Shown here in pieces: positions 1-9,773 of a stretch of 64,000 nt of DNA. The stretch covers positions 96,001 through 160,000 of the forward strand of contig JBJHCF010000003.1 of assembly GCA_050506795.1 (NCBI GenBank), given 5' to 3'. The stretch is from Opitutia bacterium. GTDB taxonomy: Bacteria > Verrucomicrobiota > Verrucomicrobiia > Opitutales > T3Sed10-336. The notes below the pieces were generated by a model. The model saw nothing but the letters and a program-made list of their open reading frames with translations, did no database searches and was not told the origin of the DNA. Position numbers and translations under genes: made by a program. Position 1 is the stretch's first letter. The number at the start of each line of letters is the position of its first letter.

Positions 1-2441
1 AGCGATGCGGTTTCGATCAGGGACGGAGTGCTCCAGTGCTCGCCGTCGAACCTGCGGGCGACGAGAACAGCGCCGGGAGCGACGGCCAACGGCGACGAGT
101 AGGCCGGCACTGACGGCTGCCCTCCGGGGCCCCTGGGATCGCTGCCGTCCGAAGTGACATGGATTGTGTCCGCTTCGTCGGAAGAAAAGGCGACGGAGAC
201 CTTGCCGGCTTCGCGATCGATTTCGAGGGAGGCGACCGGTGGTGAGGGCAGGAGGCCGCCGTCGAGGCGGCGGCGCTCCATCCAGGCGGCCCGGCGGGTG
301 GTCCAGTCAATAATATGGGCGATTTCAGCACGGAAGGTTCCGCCCCAGGGAGGATTCTCGCTCCAGCGGGCGAAGTTTCGCCGGGCGGCGGAGCCGATTC
401 CCCGGATGTCGCGGTCGATCTCGTCGGCCATTCCTTGAATCATCGCCGACAGGGACTCATCCGAGTAGACGGTGACCCGCATTTCCGCCCAACGGTCGTA
501 AAAGGCCTGCTCGAAGTCGGGATCCTCGATCAGGATTTCCCACCAGTGGGGCGCGTGTTCCGGACGGTAGTCGAAATAGCGGGTGGCGTCACCGGTTCCG
601 TGCCAGGTGTTCCATTCGTTGTCGCGGCTGTCGAACGATCCCATGGATCGGTCGAAATCCCAGACCGGACCGGCGGCCAGAGGGCGGTCCTGGGGTTTGT
701 GGAAAAAGGCGCTGAGACGAAGGGCGTCGACGTTTTTGGTGAAGGCGTTGATGATCAAATGATCGACAAATGAATCCCGGTCGATGTAGCGGAGGTATTC
801 CCGAGTGTCGAAACCCGACGCGTGATCTGTGTACAAGGCGTCTTCCATAGCCTGGACGTAGCGGGTGAGGTAATCGACCTGGAGCGAAGCGTTGGCTGCG
901 GACGCGCTGTCGGAGTACGGCCCGCCATCCAGACTGTGCAGCTTGGGGCGGGAAAGCGTCAAGTGATGGTAGCCCGGCACTCCGCGATCGGTATTCCAGC
1001 GGTATTCGTCGGCCGCCGACCGGTCCGCCTTGAAGATGTAGCCCCCGGTGCAGGGACCTTCGCTCAGGGGCTCAATGGGTCCGTCCGGGGGCAGGACGTG
1101 GGAATCGACAACGTCCATTCCCAAACGATGGTCGCCTTGTTTGATGCGCTCGACCACGGCGTAATACCCCATGTAGTCGTCGGGGCTGCTGCCCAGGACT
1201 CCGCCATCGTGGTTGACATAGACCTCGGCGAAACGCGTTTCCGGCGCCCAGCGTCCCATGGCGCGCGACAGGTCGAATGCCAGTGAATTGCGGATACCGG
1301 CACGGTCGTACTGGTAGCCGTTATAAAGAATCCAGTCGGAATCCGCAGCCATACCCAGAAGAGGGAGTGACCGATCGTGGTCGGATTCGTCCCAGAGTTC
1401 GACCGAGTAGTGGCGTTTTGGCCAGCTGCGCGAGCTCGATCCGCGAAAGCGTAACCCCTGTCGGGTGGCCAGATCGGGAACGGACGACAGGTCGCTGATC
1501 CCGGAGCCGTCGCGGTCGAACAGCAGCAGGTAGCCGGCCACCCGCGGCGTGCCCAGCGGAGTGGTCTGGGTGTTCAATTCCTGGTTGCTGGCGCCATGGG
1601 CATCCATGACGATTATGGGGAGGTTGGACCGCTTGGCGGCCAGGGAAGGGGAGACCTGGATGAAGTGGCGGGTCTCGACCTCTCCGGTTGCACCGTGGGC
1701 GTCCGACACCCGGGCGCGCAGGGTCGTGGTCCTGTCGATAAGGAGCGGCGCCTCATAACGGAGACTGTTGATGTCCGGACGGGTGTTGTCGGTGGTGTAA
1801 TAGATTTCCTGGTCCGGAGCGGCTCCCGAGAGCGCGACGGTCAGGGATTCGGAAAAAAGCCGGGATTCGGAGGAAAAGGTTACGGTCTCCGGCAGGTGGT
1901 GGGTGCCGGGACCGCCGTTGGGCTTACCCGGGGTGGGCAGGGCAAAGAATACCCAGCTTTCGGTATCCGCGGCGGACCGGCCGAAGGAGACATCCCGGGG
2001 AATGGAGGTGGGAGGAATCTCGTCGACCCGAAGGCCGTCCGGCCGAGTCAGCAGGATCTCTTCCCCGTCGGAATCGATGCGGAAATTGGTGTGTGGGTGT
2101 CCTCCGGGCGAATCCGAGGCAGGGCGATCTTTGCCGGAGGCCCAGACCAGGAGAAATTCGCCGGGTTTCAAGGTGACTCCCGGGGAGAAGGTCCAGCGGA
2201 AAGGACGGTTGAAATCATCGGAAAGGCCCCAGCCGGAAAGATCGACCGGTGCGGAGCCGGGGTTGTGAAGCTCGATCCAATCCTCGTAATCTCCGTCCTC
2301 GTCAGCCAGGGTGGTGCCGTTGGAGGCCATGATCTCGTTGATCCAAACCCGCCCCTCGAGCGGAACACAGAGCACCAACAGGAGCGCGGCTATCGAAATG
2401 TGAAGAAAAGGGGACAAATTGGCTGCTGGCGACGGGATCAT
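1..2441 (-). CDS. Secreted lamin-tail-domain / CotH kinase family protein (3' end runs off the window)
   Basis: Not in the ORF track because it has no stop in the window; segments were translated by hand from ATG at 2441. Signal-like MIPSPAANLSPFLHISIAALLLVLCV; lamin-tail motif INEIMASNGTTLADEDGDYEDWIELHN...DLSGWGLSDD; CotH-like LLGMAADSDWILYNGYQYDRAGIRNSLAFDLSRAMGRWAPETRFAEVYVN...YMGYYAVVERIK. Confidence 0.85.
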   Translation of the reverse strand, partial: MIPSPAANLSPFLHISIAALLLVLCVPLEGRVWINEIMASNGTTLADEDGDYEDWIELHNPGSAPVDLSGWGLSDDFNRPFRWTFSPGVTLKPGEFLLVWASGKDRPASDSPGGHPHTNFRIDSDGEEILLTRPDGLRVDEIPPTSIPRDVSFGRSAADTESWVFFALPTPGKPNGGPGTHHLPETVTFSSESRLFSESLTVALSGAAPDQEIYYTTDNTRPDINSLRYEAPLLIDRTTTLRARVSDAHGATGEVETRHFIQVSPSLAAKRSNLPIIVMDAHGASNQELNTQTTPLGTPRVAGYLLLFDRDGSGISDLSSVPDLATRQGLRFRGSSSRSWPKRHYSVELWDESDHDRSLPLLGMAADSDWILYNGYQYDRAGIRNSLAFDLSRAMGRWAPETRFAEVYVNHDGGVLGSSPDDYMGYYAVVERIKQGDHRLGMDVVDSHVLPPDGPIEPLSEGPCTGGYIFKADRSAADEYRWNTDRGVPGYHHLTLSRPKLHSLDGGPYSDSASAANASLQVDYLTRYVQAMEDALYTDHASGFDTREYLRYIDRDSFVDHLIINAFTKNVDALRLSAFFHKPQDRPLAAGPVWDFDRSMGSFDSRDNEWNTWHGTGDATRYFDYRPEHAPHWWEILIEDPDFEQAFYDRWAEMRVTVYSDESLSAMIQGMADEIDRDIRGIGSAARRNFARWSENPPWGGTFRAEIAHIIDWTTRRAAWMERRRLDGGLLPSPPVASLEIDREAGKVSVAFSSDEADTIHVTSDGSDPRGPGGQPSVPAYSSPLAVAPGAVLVARRFDGEHWSTPSLIETAS

Positions 2442-3086
2442 AGCCTCACGGGTCGGTGCTTTCGGCTCCGCGCAACGGCGGAAACGGATTCTTTGTATAC
2501 CTTTGCGGACGAATATTCGCTTCGTAACGACCGGTCACCGTAAAATTCATTCATCTAACTATAGCGCTTGGCAAGCCTGTGTTCGGTCGAAATATATAAA
2601 ACATATCGGAGCGAAAATAGGGTGCCGAGGATTCAGAGCATACAGGGAAACATCACTAAGGCAAACATTCAAGCTGCTGATTTATAAATATTAAAACCGT
2701 CGACCCCATTTAATTGTTAATTTCGTTCGTTGATTTTTCTTTGCGTCGCGAGTCTTTTTTGTTGCGTGACGATCCTGTATATATCAAAAGTAATTTCCAT
2801 TCAGTCGGTCCAGGGGTTCGGCGTGCCCCTCAACAGAACCATGACCTTACATACAGGATCTTTTTTTCTCCGTACTGCGCACCGGAAGGTGCAGTTGAAA
2901 GAGGTATTTTTCCTGTCGAATTCGGGCGGGCGTCACAGTCCGTCGTTACGTCGGGTAGGACGCGGCATACCGGTTTTGGGACCGGTATTTTTTGTTTTGG
3001 GCGGTGGTAATCGGTCGACTCTTCGATTCGAAGGTCTTCGCGCAAACGAGCTGAAAGTATAATCGAGCAACCGTAGTTGATCCAGC

Positions 3087-3803
3087 ATGACAAATCGAGC
3101 GAGTAATTATTCCCCGGCGATCAAGCGGGGTTTCACTTTAATCGAACTCCTCACGGTGATAGCCATTATCGGCATCCTGGCGGCGATTCTCATTCCGGTC
3201 GTAAATCAGGTAAGGGACACGGCCCGCCGGGCGGTGTGTTCCTCGAATCTACGGCAGATTTCCCTGGCCATGATCATGTATGCCGATGATCACAATGGAA
3301 TTCTTCCCACCTCGGGGGACATGGACGCCCGTCCAACCGATTGGATTCAGTGGCGTGATGACGGGGAGTTTCACCGGTTGAGTGAAAGCGTCATTGTTCC
3401 CTATTTGGGCGGTCGGCTGGGAACGATGTTTTCCCCGGATATTTTCCGTTGTCCGTCTGACGAAAACATCGCCGAGAATCTCGGGAATCCCATCGGGGGA
3501 TGGGCGGCGTATTCCTACAGTTATACCATGAACATGGGGATCTCCGAGCGCAGTCAGTTGAACGGACGTTTGTACAACGTCAAGGATCCCACTCATATCA
3601 TCATGTTGGTGGAAGAAGGACGACCGAACGACAGCGGAGCCTATTTGAACAGCGATCTCGACTTCCTGACCGAGCGTCACGGGGGGAAGGGGCACGTTTC
3701 CTTCCTGGATGCCCATGTACGGCTGGTTTACCCGGAATTCGCCAAACACCCGTCAAACTGGGATCCGTTCTACACCGGCCGCCCGTACACGGGGCCGCGG
3801 TAA
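3087..3803 (+). CDS. Prepilin-type N-terminal cleavage/methylation protein with H-X9-DG-type motif (DUF1559-like)
   Basis: [24 protein letters not shown]-terminus, [15 protein letters not shown]-terminal [15 protein letters not shown]. Confidence 0.9.
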   Translation: MTNRASNYSPAIKRGFTLIELLTVIAIIGILAAILIPVVNQVRDTARRAVCSSNLRQISLAMIMYADDHNGILPTSGDMDARPTDWIQWRDDGEFHRLSESVIVPYLGGRLGTMFSPDIFRCPSDENIAENLGNPIGGWAAYSYSYTMNMGISERSQLNGRLYNVKDPTHIIMLVEEGRPNDSGAYLNSDLDFLTERHGGKGHVSFLDAHVRLVYPEFAKHPSNWDPFYTGRPYTGPR

Positions 3804-3898
3804 CCTTGGTTCGTTCTCACGACCGGGTGGCAACGTTCCCCCCGGCCGCGGAGTCCGGCTTTTTTTTAAGTTCACACGATTCACCCAAAAACAGACCA

Positions 3899-6800
3899 AT
3901 GAAAAATAGATTCGAACCCAGTTCCCGAGCATGGGGCCTTATGGCGGCCGGAGCCGTCGCGGCTTCGACCCTGTGCGCACCTCTCTTCGCATCCGAAGCC
4001 GAACCGATACTCAACTTCGACGGAATCGAGAGTATTATTCAGACCGATCTGCATCCCGAAGACCTTGGCATCCAGGGAAACAATCCCAAAACGTTCGAAG
4101 CCTGGGCTTACACCCGGGCTTTCACCGAGGGAGGGGTTTTTCATGTCGGCACCTCGAACGCCGGTGAGGAATTCGCCCTGCGCACCCACGGGCTCAACGA
4201 CCGTTGGATGGCGCAGTTCTGGGGAAGCCCGGACCAGGTGTTTTCCGTGATCGGATCGAGCAACAACTGGACCCACTTCGCTTTTGTTTACGACGGGACC
4301 ACTCTGCGGGTTTACGCCAACGGCGAGGTTGTGGTTGACGAGGAAGTGGTGCTGGACACCCAGGGGGATGAATGGCCCCTTCGAATCGGCGCGTGGCGGG
4401 AACAGCATTTCAACGGTGCCATCCGTGATGTTCGGGTTTGGAACGTGGCTCGTACCCAGGCGCAGATCCAGGCGAACATGTCCGACACCTCTTCGCTGCC
4501 GCAGGCCAATCTGGTGGCCTGGTGGCCCTTGGATGAAGGGGAGGGGCGCGTTGCCAACGATGCTTCGGGCAACGGACGTCACGCCGATATTTTTGCCGCC
4601 CAATGGGAAGGGCATCAACTTGCCTACGACCCGGAGATCGAGGCCGACTTTGTCCTGGATTTTGGCGTCGGAGCCGGCCAGGCGAACGAGTCCGGACTGC
4701 TGCGCAATCGTGCGGATCATTTCTCTCTTGAGGACGATTCCCTCCGCATGACCAACACCACGGGCAACTTCATTTCCAGCGGCGCGGTGGCGTCCGTGAG
4801 CAACTACCAATCCGGACAGAGTTTTGTCCTGGAATCCGAGATCACCCTGACCGCTTTTCCGGATGTGCGCGCTTCCCGGCCGGGACTGATTGTACTGGGT
4901 GGGCCTCATGTTCCCCTGGAGCAGCCGTTTAATACCGGGGCGGACCAGAACTTTTACAGTGTATCCTTTTTTCCGGCTCTGCCTCCCGGAACAGTGACTT
5001 CGCTATTTCCTGCGATTGCGCCGGCCGGTGACTCGACCGCGGTGATCGCCATTTCCAACGGATTCAATGGTCCGTTCCTGGCGGCCCAACGTTGGGACGG
5101 TCGCCGTCCCGGGCCGGAGGCTTTGTTCGCCGACGATTTCGAAACTCCGGCCAACGATTCCCAATGGCAACGCGGCGGGCCGCAGGACAGCTGGGAGATC
5201 GGGAGCTTGGGATACCCGTCGGAAACCGTATTGCCGCCGGTGGAAGGCAGCACGCGGGTCGCCGCGACCAACCTGAACAGCCGCGTTTCCGAGAACTCGG
5301 AAGATTGGCTCCGTTCACCCGTGATCGACCTGACCGGGGTGGCGGCCGCGGAGGTCAGTTATCGCGAGGCCTTGTGGATTGATGATCACGTGGAAGACGG
5401 AGTGCAAGTTCACACCGCGACCGTTTCGGTAGTGGATGCCGACGGCAACTTTATCGCCCAACTGGCCCAGGACTGGGGCAACAGTGACGGCTGGCGGAAC
5501 CGATCGTTGAGCCTGCCGCCGGAAGCACTCGGTCAGCCGGTGCGGGTGGAGTTCCTGATGGTGACGGATAACTTCGCCATGAACGACCATTACGGCTGGA
5601 TCATCGACGACTTCGAGGTGAGCGCATTCTCTATGGAGCCGGGTGCGTTCGCCATGCGCGCCGAGGGCGCCTACGGGTTCGGCGGGGAGCTCACTCTTAC
5701 CATGACGCTTACCGATCTGGCCGATGCGGCGGAATACAGCCAATCCGTTTCGACCCATATCCTGAATCCGCGTGAAGGGAACCTTTTCGGGCTGGGAGGT
5801 CGCTTGCAGACCACCCCTTCGGGTGATCCGCAAATCGATTTCGCGAACCTCTCCATGACCCTGGTGGAGTCGCCGGAGTTGGTGCCGACAACGCCTGCGT
5901 CGGCGTTCTATTATCCGTTCGGCTCGGCGGGCACCCGGGTGAGTCCCGGAAATTTCGCCCTATATGCTGCGGAGGACTGGTCTCTGCAGTCCAATTCGCT
6001 GCAATTGACAGCAAGTCCGGCGGCGGAAAATTCACTGGCGGTTACCCGCGTCCGTGAATTCAGGCCGGGCAATGCGATTCACGTGGAATCCGACATCGTG
6101 CTGTCGAGCCTGAATGCCGGCGCCGCGGGCAATATTGGACTGGTCCTTTTCGGGCAGGAGGATTCGGCCGCATTCGATCCAAATGACAGCGGAACGTATT
6201 ACACGTTTCAATACATGGCCGACGCCAACGGCGGCAGCCGAATCGCGCTGAGGGAAGGGACTTCAGGCCCGATTCTTTATGAGTCTCCTTTTGCCGCGCC
6301 GGTCGAAGGAGCGACCTATCGCTTTGAGTTCACGGGAACTCCAAACGGGGACGGGGTTATCGACTTCACGGCCATCCTCTCCGCCGGCAACGGAGCCAAC
6401 GGAACGCTAAGTGGAGAGATACACGCTTCCATGGAAGGGCGCAACCGGTTCGGTTTCGGTTCCTCCCAGGGCGGCGGCGATGTCTGGGACGTCGTAAATT
6501 TCGGCGGCTACACCACGGTGGAGCAGGATGCGGAGTTCCAACTTTATCGTTGGACCCCCCTGCAGGTCAGAGGCGCCAGCAGCATCCAGATGTCCGAATT
6601 CACCTTCTTCTACCAGGGGACCGATATCCTGGAGGCCCGACGGGCGGCGGAACAACCGATGCCGACGGTGACGGGTTCTCACCCCATCGGTCACGAGGGT
6701 CCGCCCCAATTGGTGGACGGTGATACCGGGACGAAATGGTTCGGTAATGACACCTCGCAACCGGTGCTCTTCACCTTTGACGAGCCGGTGCAAATCGACG

Positions 6801-8872
6801 CCTACATGATGTGGACGGCCAACGACGCTCCTGATCGGGATCCGTTGAGCTGGCGTCTGGAAGGCAGTAACGACGGGTTTGACTGGGTGCTCCTTGATAC
6901 GGTCATGAATTTCCCGACACCGACAGACCGGTTTACTCGATTCATGGAAAGCGGCGAATTCGATCTGCCCACGGGAGCGTTGCTGAATGAATTCAATATC
7001 GGAGGCCTCCAGGGAGCCACCTTCCGGGTGGTCCGCAACGGTGAACCCTTTACCCTTGCATGGGATACGACCTTTGCCACGAGCGTCAGCATTCAGCCCG
7101 ATATCGGCCAGGTATCGGCGGCCGGAACGGTCGAGGTGACCGCTCCGGAGGATGATGAAACCGTCTACACGTTGACCGCTGTCGGCGCTGATGGCGCACC
7201 GCAGGTGGCGTCGGTAACGGTCCGTTCGGTGGCGGCTTCGGCACACACTTACCAGTATGTGCGTTTTGACCTGCCGGATGCCACTTCCCGCCGCGGCGCC
7301 GGAAACAGTATCCAATTGGCGCAGTTCCAATTCTATCTCGAGGGCGAGGAAGTTGTTCCGGTCGGGGTAAGCAACCCTGGGGGCAATACTCCGGCCAACG
7401 AACCGGTTTCAAACCTGTTGGTACCAAGCGGGAAATGGCTCGATTTCAACGGTGCAACCCGCATGCCGGGAGCCATTCAAGGCAGTCGCGTGGTCTTCGA
7501 TTTCGGTGAAACCGTATCCATCGACGGGTATCGTTTCGTGACCGCCAACGACGCTCCCGAACGCGATCCCGTGCGGTGGCGGCTTTGGGGGCGGAATGTG
7601 GAGACCGAGGATTGGACACTGATTGAGCACATGGCCGAGGCCTACCCGGTTCCGACGGCGCGAAACACGCCGACCCAGACGTTCCCGCTGGTTTCGGATC
7701 CGGTGCCAACCACCGGAGTGATCGATCGATTCAGCGTGGACCGGATTGGCGGCGAGGAAGTCAACAGCACCTTGTTCGCCATCGTATACGATGGAACCAC
7801 CGTGGGGCTCACCTGGGAAACGATCGGCACGACCAATGCCAGCATCAACCCGACTCCCGGAGCTGTCGATCCGAGTGGAACCAGCGATGTGCTGCCGCCG
7901 CAAAGCGCCAGCACCAACATCACGATTTCCGCTCCGCGCGACGGCGGTACGGATACGGCGACAGCCTGGGTTCGGTCGGTGCCGGAGGATCATTTCGAAT
8001 CGGTGCGTTATGTCCGTTTCGACATTCCGGGGAATGCGGCGCTGCGTAATCCGAACGAGAACAGTATTCAACTCTCGCGTTTCTTCTTCTATCGCAACGG
8101 AACCCGGGTGGATGCGATCAGTGTGAGTAATCCCGGGGGCGATACGCCCTCGGCCGAACCGGCCGGGAACCTGCTGGGCGACAGCGACTCCAAATGGCTT
8201 GATTTCAATCGAGCCAATGTGAACGACAGCCACCTGGTTTTCGACTTCGGCCAGGTGGTCGAAATCGATTCCTATCAGTTTGGGACGGCCAACGATTCCA
8301 ACGGACGCGACCCGTTGCGCTGGCGGCTGTATGGACGGGTCTCGGAGGAGGACGAATGGGAATTGATCGAGAATATGCCGGTGAATTATCCGGTTCCGAC
8401 CGCGAGATTGACCCTCACCAATATTATTCCACTCCCGGGTGCCGCTCTGGCGGTTCCCTCGGGCGCGTCGTTCGCCGACTGGCGTGAGACCTTCTTCGAA
8501 GGCGGCGATCAGACTGACGATACCGTTTCCGGTCCGCTGGCGACTCCGGCGGGCGACGGCGTCGCCAATCTGCTCAAATACGCATTCGGTCTGGATCCCT
8601 GGACTCCGGTAAGCGCGGCGGATATGCCGCAGCCGGAGGTGGACGGCGCGACCTTGCGTCTGACCTACCTCGAACGGGTCGGAGCAACCGATATCCTCTA
8701 CACGCCGCAGAGGTCCTACACCCTGGGCAATGACTGGGATACGCAGGGAATCCAGGAGGTGCCTCCGAGAGTTCCGGTCATGGAAGGCGAGTTCGAATGG
8801 GTCACCGTCGAACTGCCGTTGAACGGGGAAAGCAAAGCCTTCCTGCGGGTTCAAGTGCGGGCGCTGGATTAA
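3899..8872 (+). CDS. Large secreted multidomain glycan-binding protein (LamG-like domain, three discoidin/F5/8-like repeats, verrucomicrobial C-terminal domain)
   Basis: Start reassigned to ATG 3899 (MKNRFEPSS, followed by a signal peptide). LamG-like WTHFAFVYDG...FNGAIRDVRVWN; three TAND(A/S)xxRDPxxWRLxG repeats; C-terminal DGVANLLKYAFGLDP...FLRVQV. Confidence 0.8.
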   Translation: MKNRFEPSSRAWGLMAAGAVAASTLCAPLFASEAEPILNFDGIESIIQTDLHPEDLGIQGNNPKTFEAWAYTRAFTEGGVFHVGTSNAGEEFALRTHGLNDRWMAQFWGSPDQVFSVIGSSNNWTHFAFVYDGTTLRVYANGEVVVDEEVVLDTQGDEWPLRIGAWREQHFNGAIRDVRVWNVARTQAQIQANMSDTSSLPQANLVAWWPLDEGEGRVANDASGNGRHADIFAAQWEGHQLAYDPEIEADFVLDFGVGAGQANESGLLRNRADHFSLEDDSLRMTNTTGNFISSGAVASVSNYQSGQSFVLESEITLTAFPDVRASRPGLIVLGGPHVPLEQPFNTGADQNFYSVSFFPALPPGTVTSLFPAIAPAGDSTAVIAISNGFNGPFLAAQRWDGRRPGPEALFADDFETPANDSQWQRGGPQDSWEIGSLGYPSETVLPPVEGSTRVAATNLNSRVSENSEDWLRSPVIDLTGVAAAEVSYREALWIDDHVEDGVQVHTATVSVVDADGNFIAQLAQDWGNSDGWRNRSLSLPPEALGQPVRVEFLMVTDNFAMNDHYGWIIDDFEVSAFSMEPGAFAMRAEGAYGFGGELTLTMTLTDLADAAEYSQSVSTHILNPREGNLFGLGGRLQTTPSGDPQIDFANLSMTLVESPELVPTTPASAFYYPFGSAGTRVSPGNFALYAAEDWSLQSNSLQLTASPAAENSLAVTRVREFRPGNAIHVESDIVLSSLNAGAAGNIGLVLFGQEDSAAFDPNDSGTYYTFQYMADANGGSRIALREGTSGPILYESPFAAPVEGATYRFEFTGTPNGDGVIDFTAILSAGNGANGTLSGEIHASMEGRNRFGFGSSQGGGDVWDVVNFGGYTTVEQDAEFQLYRWTPLQVRGASSIQMSEFTFFYQGTDILEARRAAEQPMPTVTGSHPIGHEGPPQLVDGDTGTKWFGNDTSQPVLFTFDEPVQIDAYMMWTANDAPDRDPLSWRLEGSNDGFDWVLLDTVMNFPTPTDRFTRFMESGEFDLPTGALLNEFNIGGLQGATFRVVRNGEPFTLAWDTTFATSVSIQPDIGQVSAAGTVEVTAPEDDETVYTLTAVGADGAPQVASVTVRSVAASAHTYQYVRFDLPDATSRRGAGNSIQLAQFQFYLEGEEVVPVGVSNPGGNTPANEPVSNLLVPSGKWLDFNGATRMPGAIQGSRVVFDFGETVSIDGYRFVTANDAPERDPVRWRLWGRNVETEDWTLIEHMAEAYPVPTARNTPTQTFPLVSDPVPTTGVIDRFSVDRIGGEEVNSTLFAIVYDGTTVGLTWETIGTTNASINPTPGAVDPSGTSDVLPPQSASTNITISAPRDGGTDTATAWVRSVPEDHFESVRYVRFDIPGNAALRNPNENSIQLSRFFFYRNGTRVDAISVSNPGGDTPSAEPAGNLLGDSDSKWLDFNRANVNDSHLVFDFGQVVEIDSYQFGTANDSNGRDPLRWRLYGRVSEEDEWELIENMPVNYPVPTARLTLTNIIPLPGAALAVPSGASFADWRETFFEGGDQTDDTVSGPLATPAGDGVANLLKYAFGLDPWTPVSAADMPQPEVDGATLRLTYLERVGATDILYTPQRSYTLGNDWDTQGIQEVPPRVPVMEGEFEWVTVELPLNGESKAFLRVQVRALD

Positions 8873-8903
8873 GGTAGGTCAGCGGCACAGGCAATTCAAT
8901 CAG

Positions 8904-8938
8904 AGGCCCCCGGCGTAGATCGCCGGGGGCCTTTTTTA
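8904..8938 (+). terminator. Rho-independent terminator
   Basis: AGGCCCCCGGCG-tagat-CGCCGGGGGCCT followed by a T-tract, about 30 bp after the stop at 8872. Confidence 0.85.
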
Positions 8939-9033
8939 TTGCCTATGCGGAATCGAAAGGCTTCTTAATCCGGCCTCTGGAGGCCTCGTGAAAAAGGATA
9001 TCCGATCGACGATCTGAAATTTGAGACTATTCG

Positions 9034-9223
9034 GAATGCCACTCGGTTAAGGCGGTGTATAGTTCGACGAAGCGAAAAATAAAGCGGAAATTTGACTCAC
9101 ACGGAGCCACAAAGTCACGGAGATTTTTACAGGACCCACCTCCGTGAGCTCCGTGGCTCCGTGTGAGAACCTTCACCGTTCAGCAACGCTCATTCGGTCA
9201 ATGACCTTAACCGAGTGCCATTC
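9034..9223. mobile_element. MITE (190 bp) with IS4-like terminal inverted repeats
   Basis: 19-bp TIRs GAATGCCACTCGGTTAAGG / CCTTAACCGAGTGCCATTC (1 mismatch); perfect 10-bp target duplication AGACTATTCG at 9024-9033 and 9224-9233; internal hairpin 9096-9167; no transposase. Confidence 0.85.
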
Positions 9224-9374
9224 AGACTATTCGCTAAGAAATAGAGAGATCATAGCTCGGGTCTGGAGGACAGACCGCTACTCGTTTAAGGCGCCCGATC
9301 GTAGCATCCCGCCTTGCCGGAATGAACCCCCGGAACAGGAACCTTCAGCCACAGATCTCGAGCCGTCGGTCTTA

Positions 9375-9515
9375 CAACTAATCTTCACTAATCAGCACTA
9401 ATAAATGCATTACAGACAGCCACAGCTATCGATTTCATTCACCCGGGGCTAAACCACGGCAAGCATCATTTTTGTACCAGGTTTTTGATTAGTGTGAATT
9501 AGTGTCAATCAGTGG
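9375..9515. repeat. Inverted pair of 10-bp-periodic repeats (REP-like hairpin element)
   Basis: caACTAATcttcACTAATcagcACTAAT (9375-9402) and ATTAGTgtgaATTAGTgtcaATCAGTgg (9488-9515). Confidence 0.55.
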
Positions 9516-9706
9516 TTCTCAAAACTCTCGGGAAGGATCTAACGCATTCCGCATCGGACAGTATTCTTAACCTCGCGCCATTCGAATCAGCTCCACGTTT
9601 TCGACACCGAATGGGGTCGGGCCCTGTCTTGGCTTCATTCTTCAGGCCGGCGAGGGAATCATCCGGGCTTTCGACCGCGAGAAGATACCCTTCGTTCTCT
9701 GGAAAC

Positions 9707-9743
9707 AAAAGGGGCGTCACCAATGACCGGCGACGCCCCTTTC
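9707..9743 (-). terminator. Terminator of the MFS gene
   Basis: AAAGGGGCGTC...GACGCCCCTTT stem about 30 bp downstream of the stop at 9774. Confidence 0.7.
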
Positions 9744-9773
9744 TTCAACTATGAACGGTTTTATTCGTGCAAA

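Noticed and set aside
17..2543. Short plus- and minus-strand ORFs in the first 2.5 kb
   Set aside because: Shadows of the minus-strand CotH gene, which the ORF track missed.
3500..3898. N-terminal extension of the 1790-aa ORF
   Set aside because: It overlaps the prepilin gene; the signal peptide begins at ATG 3899.
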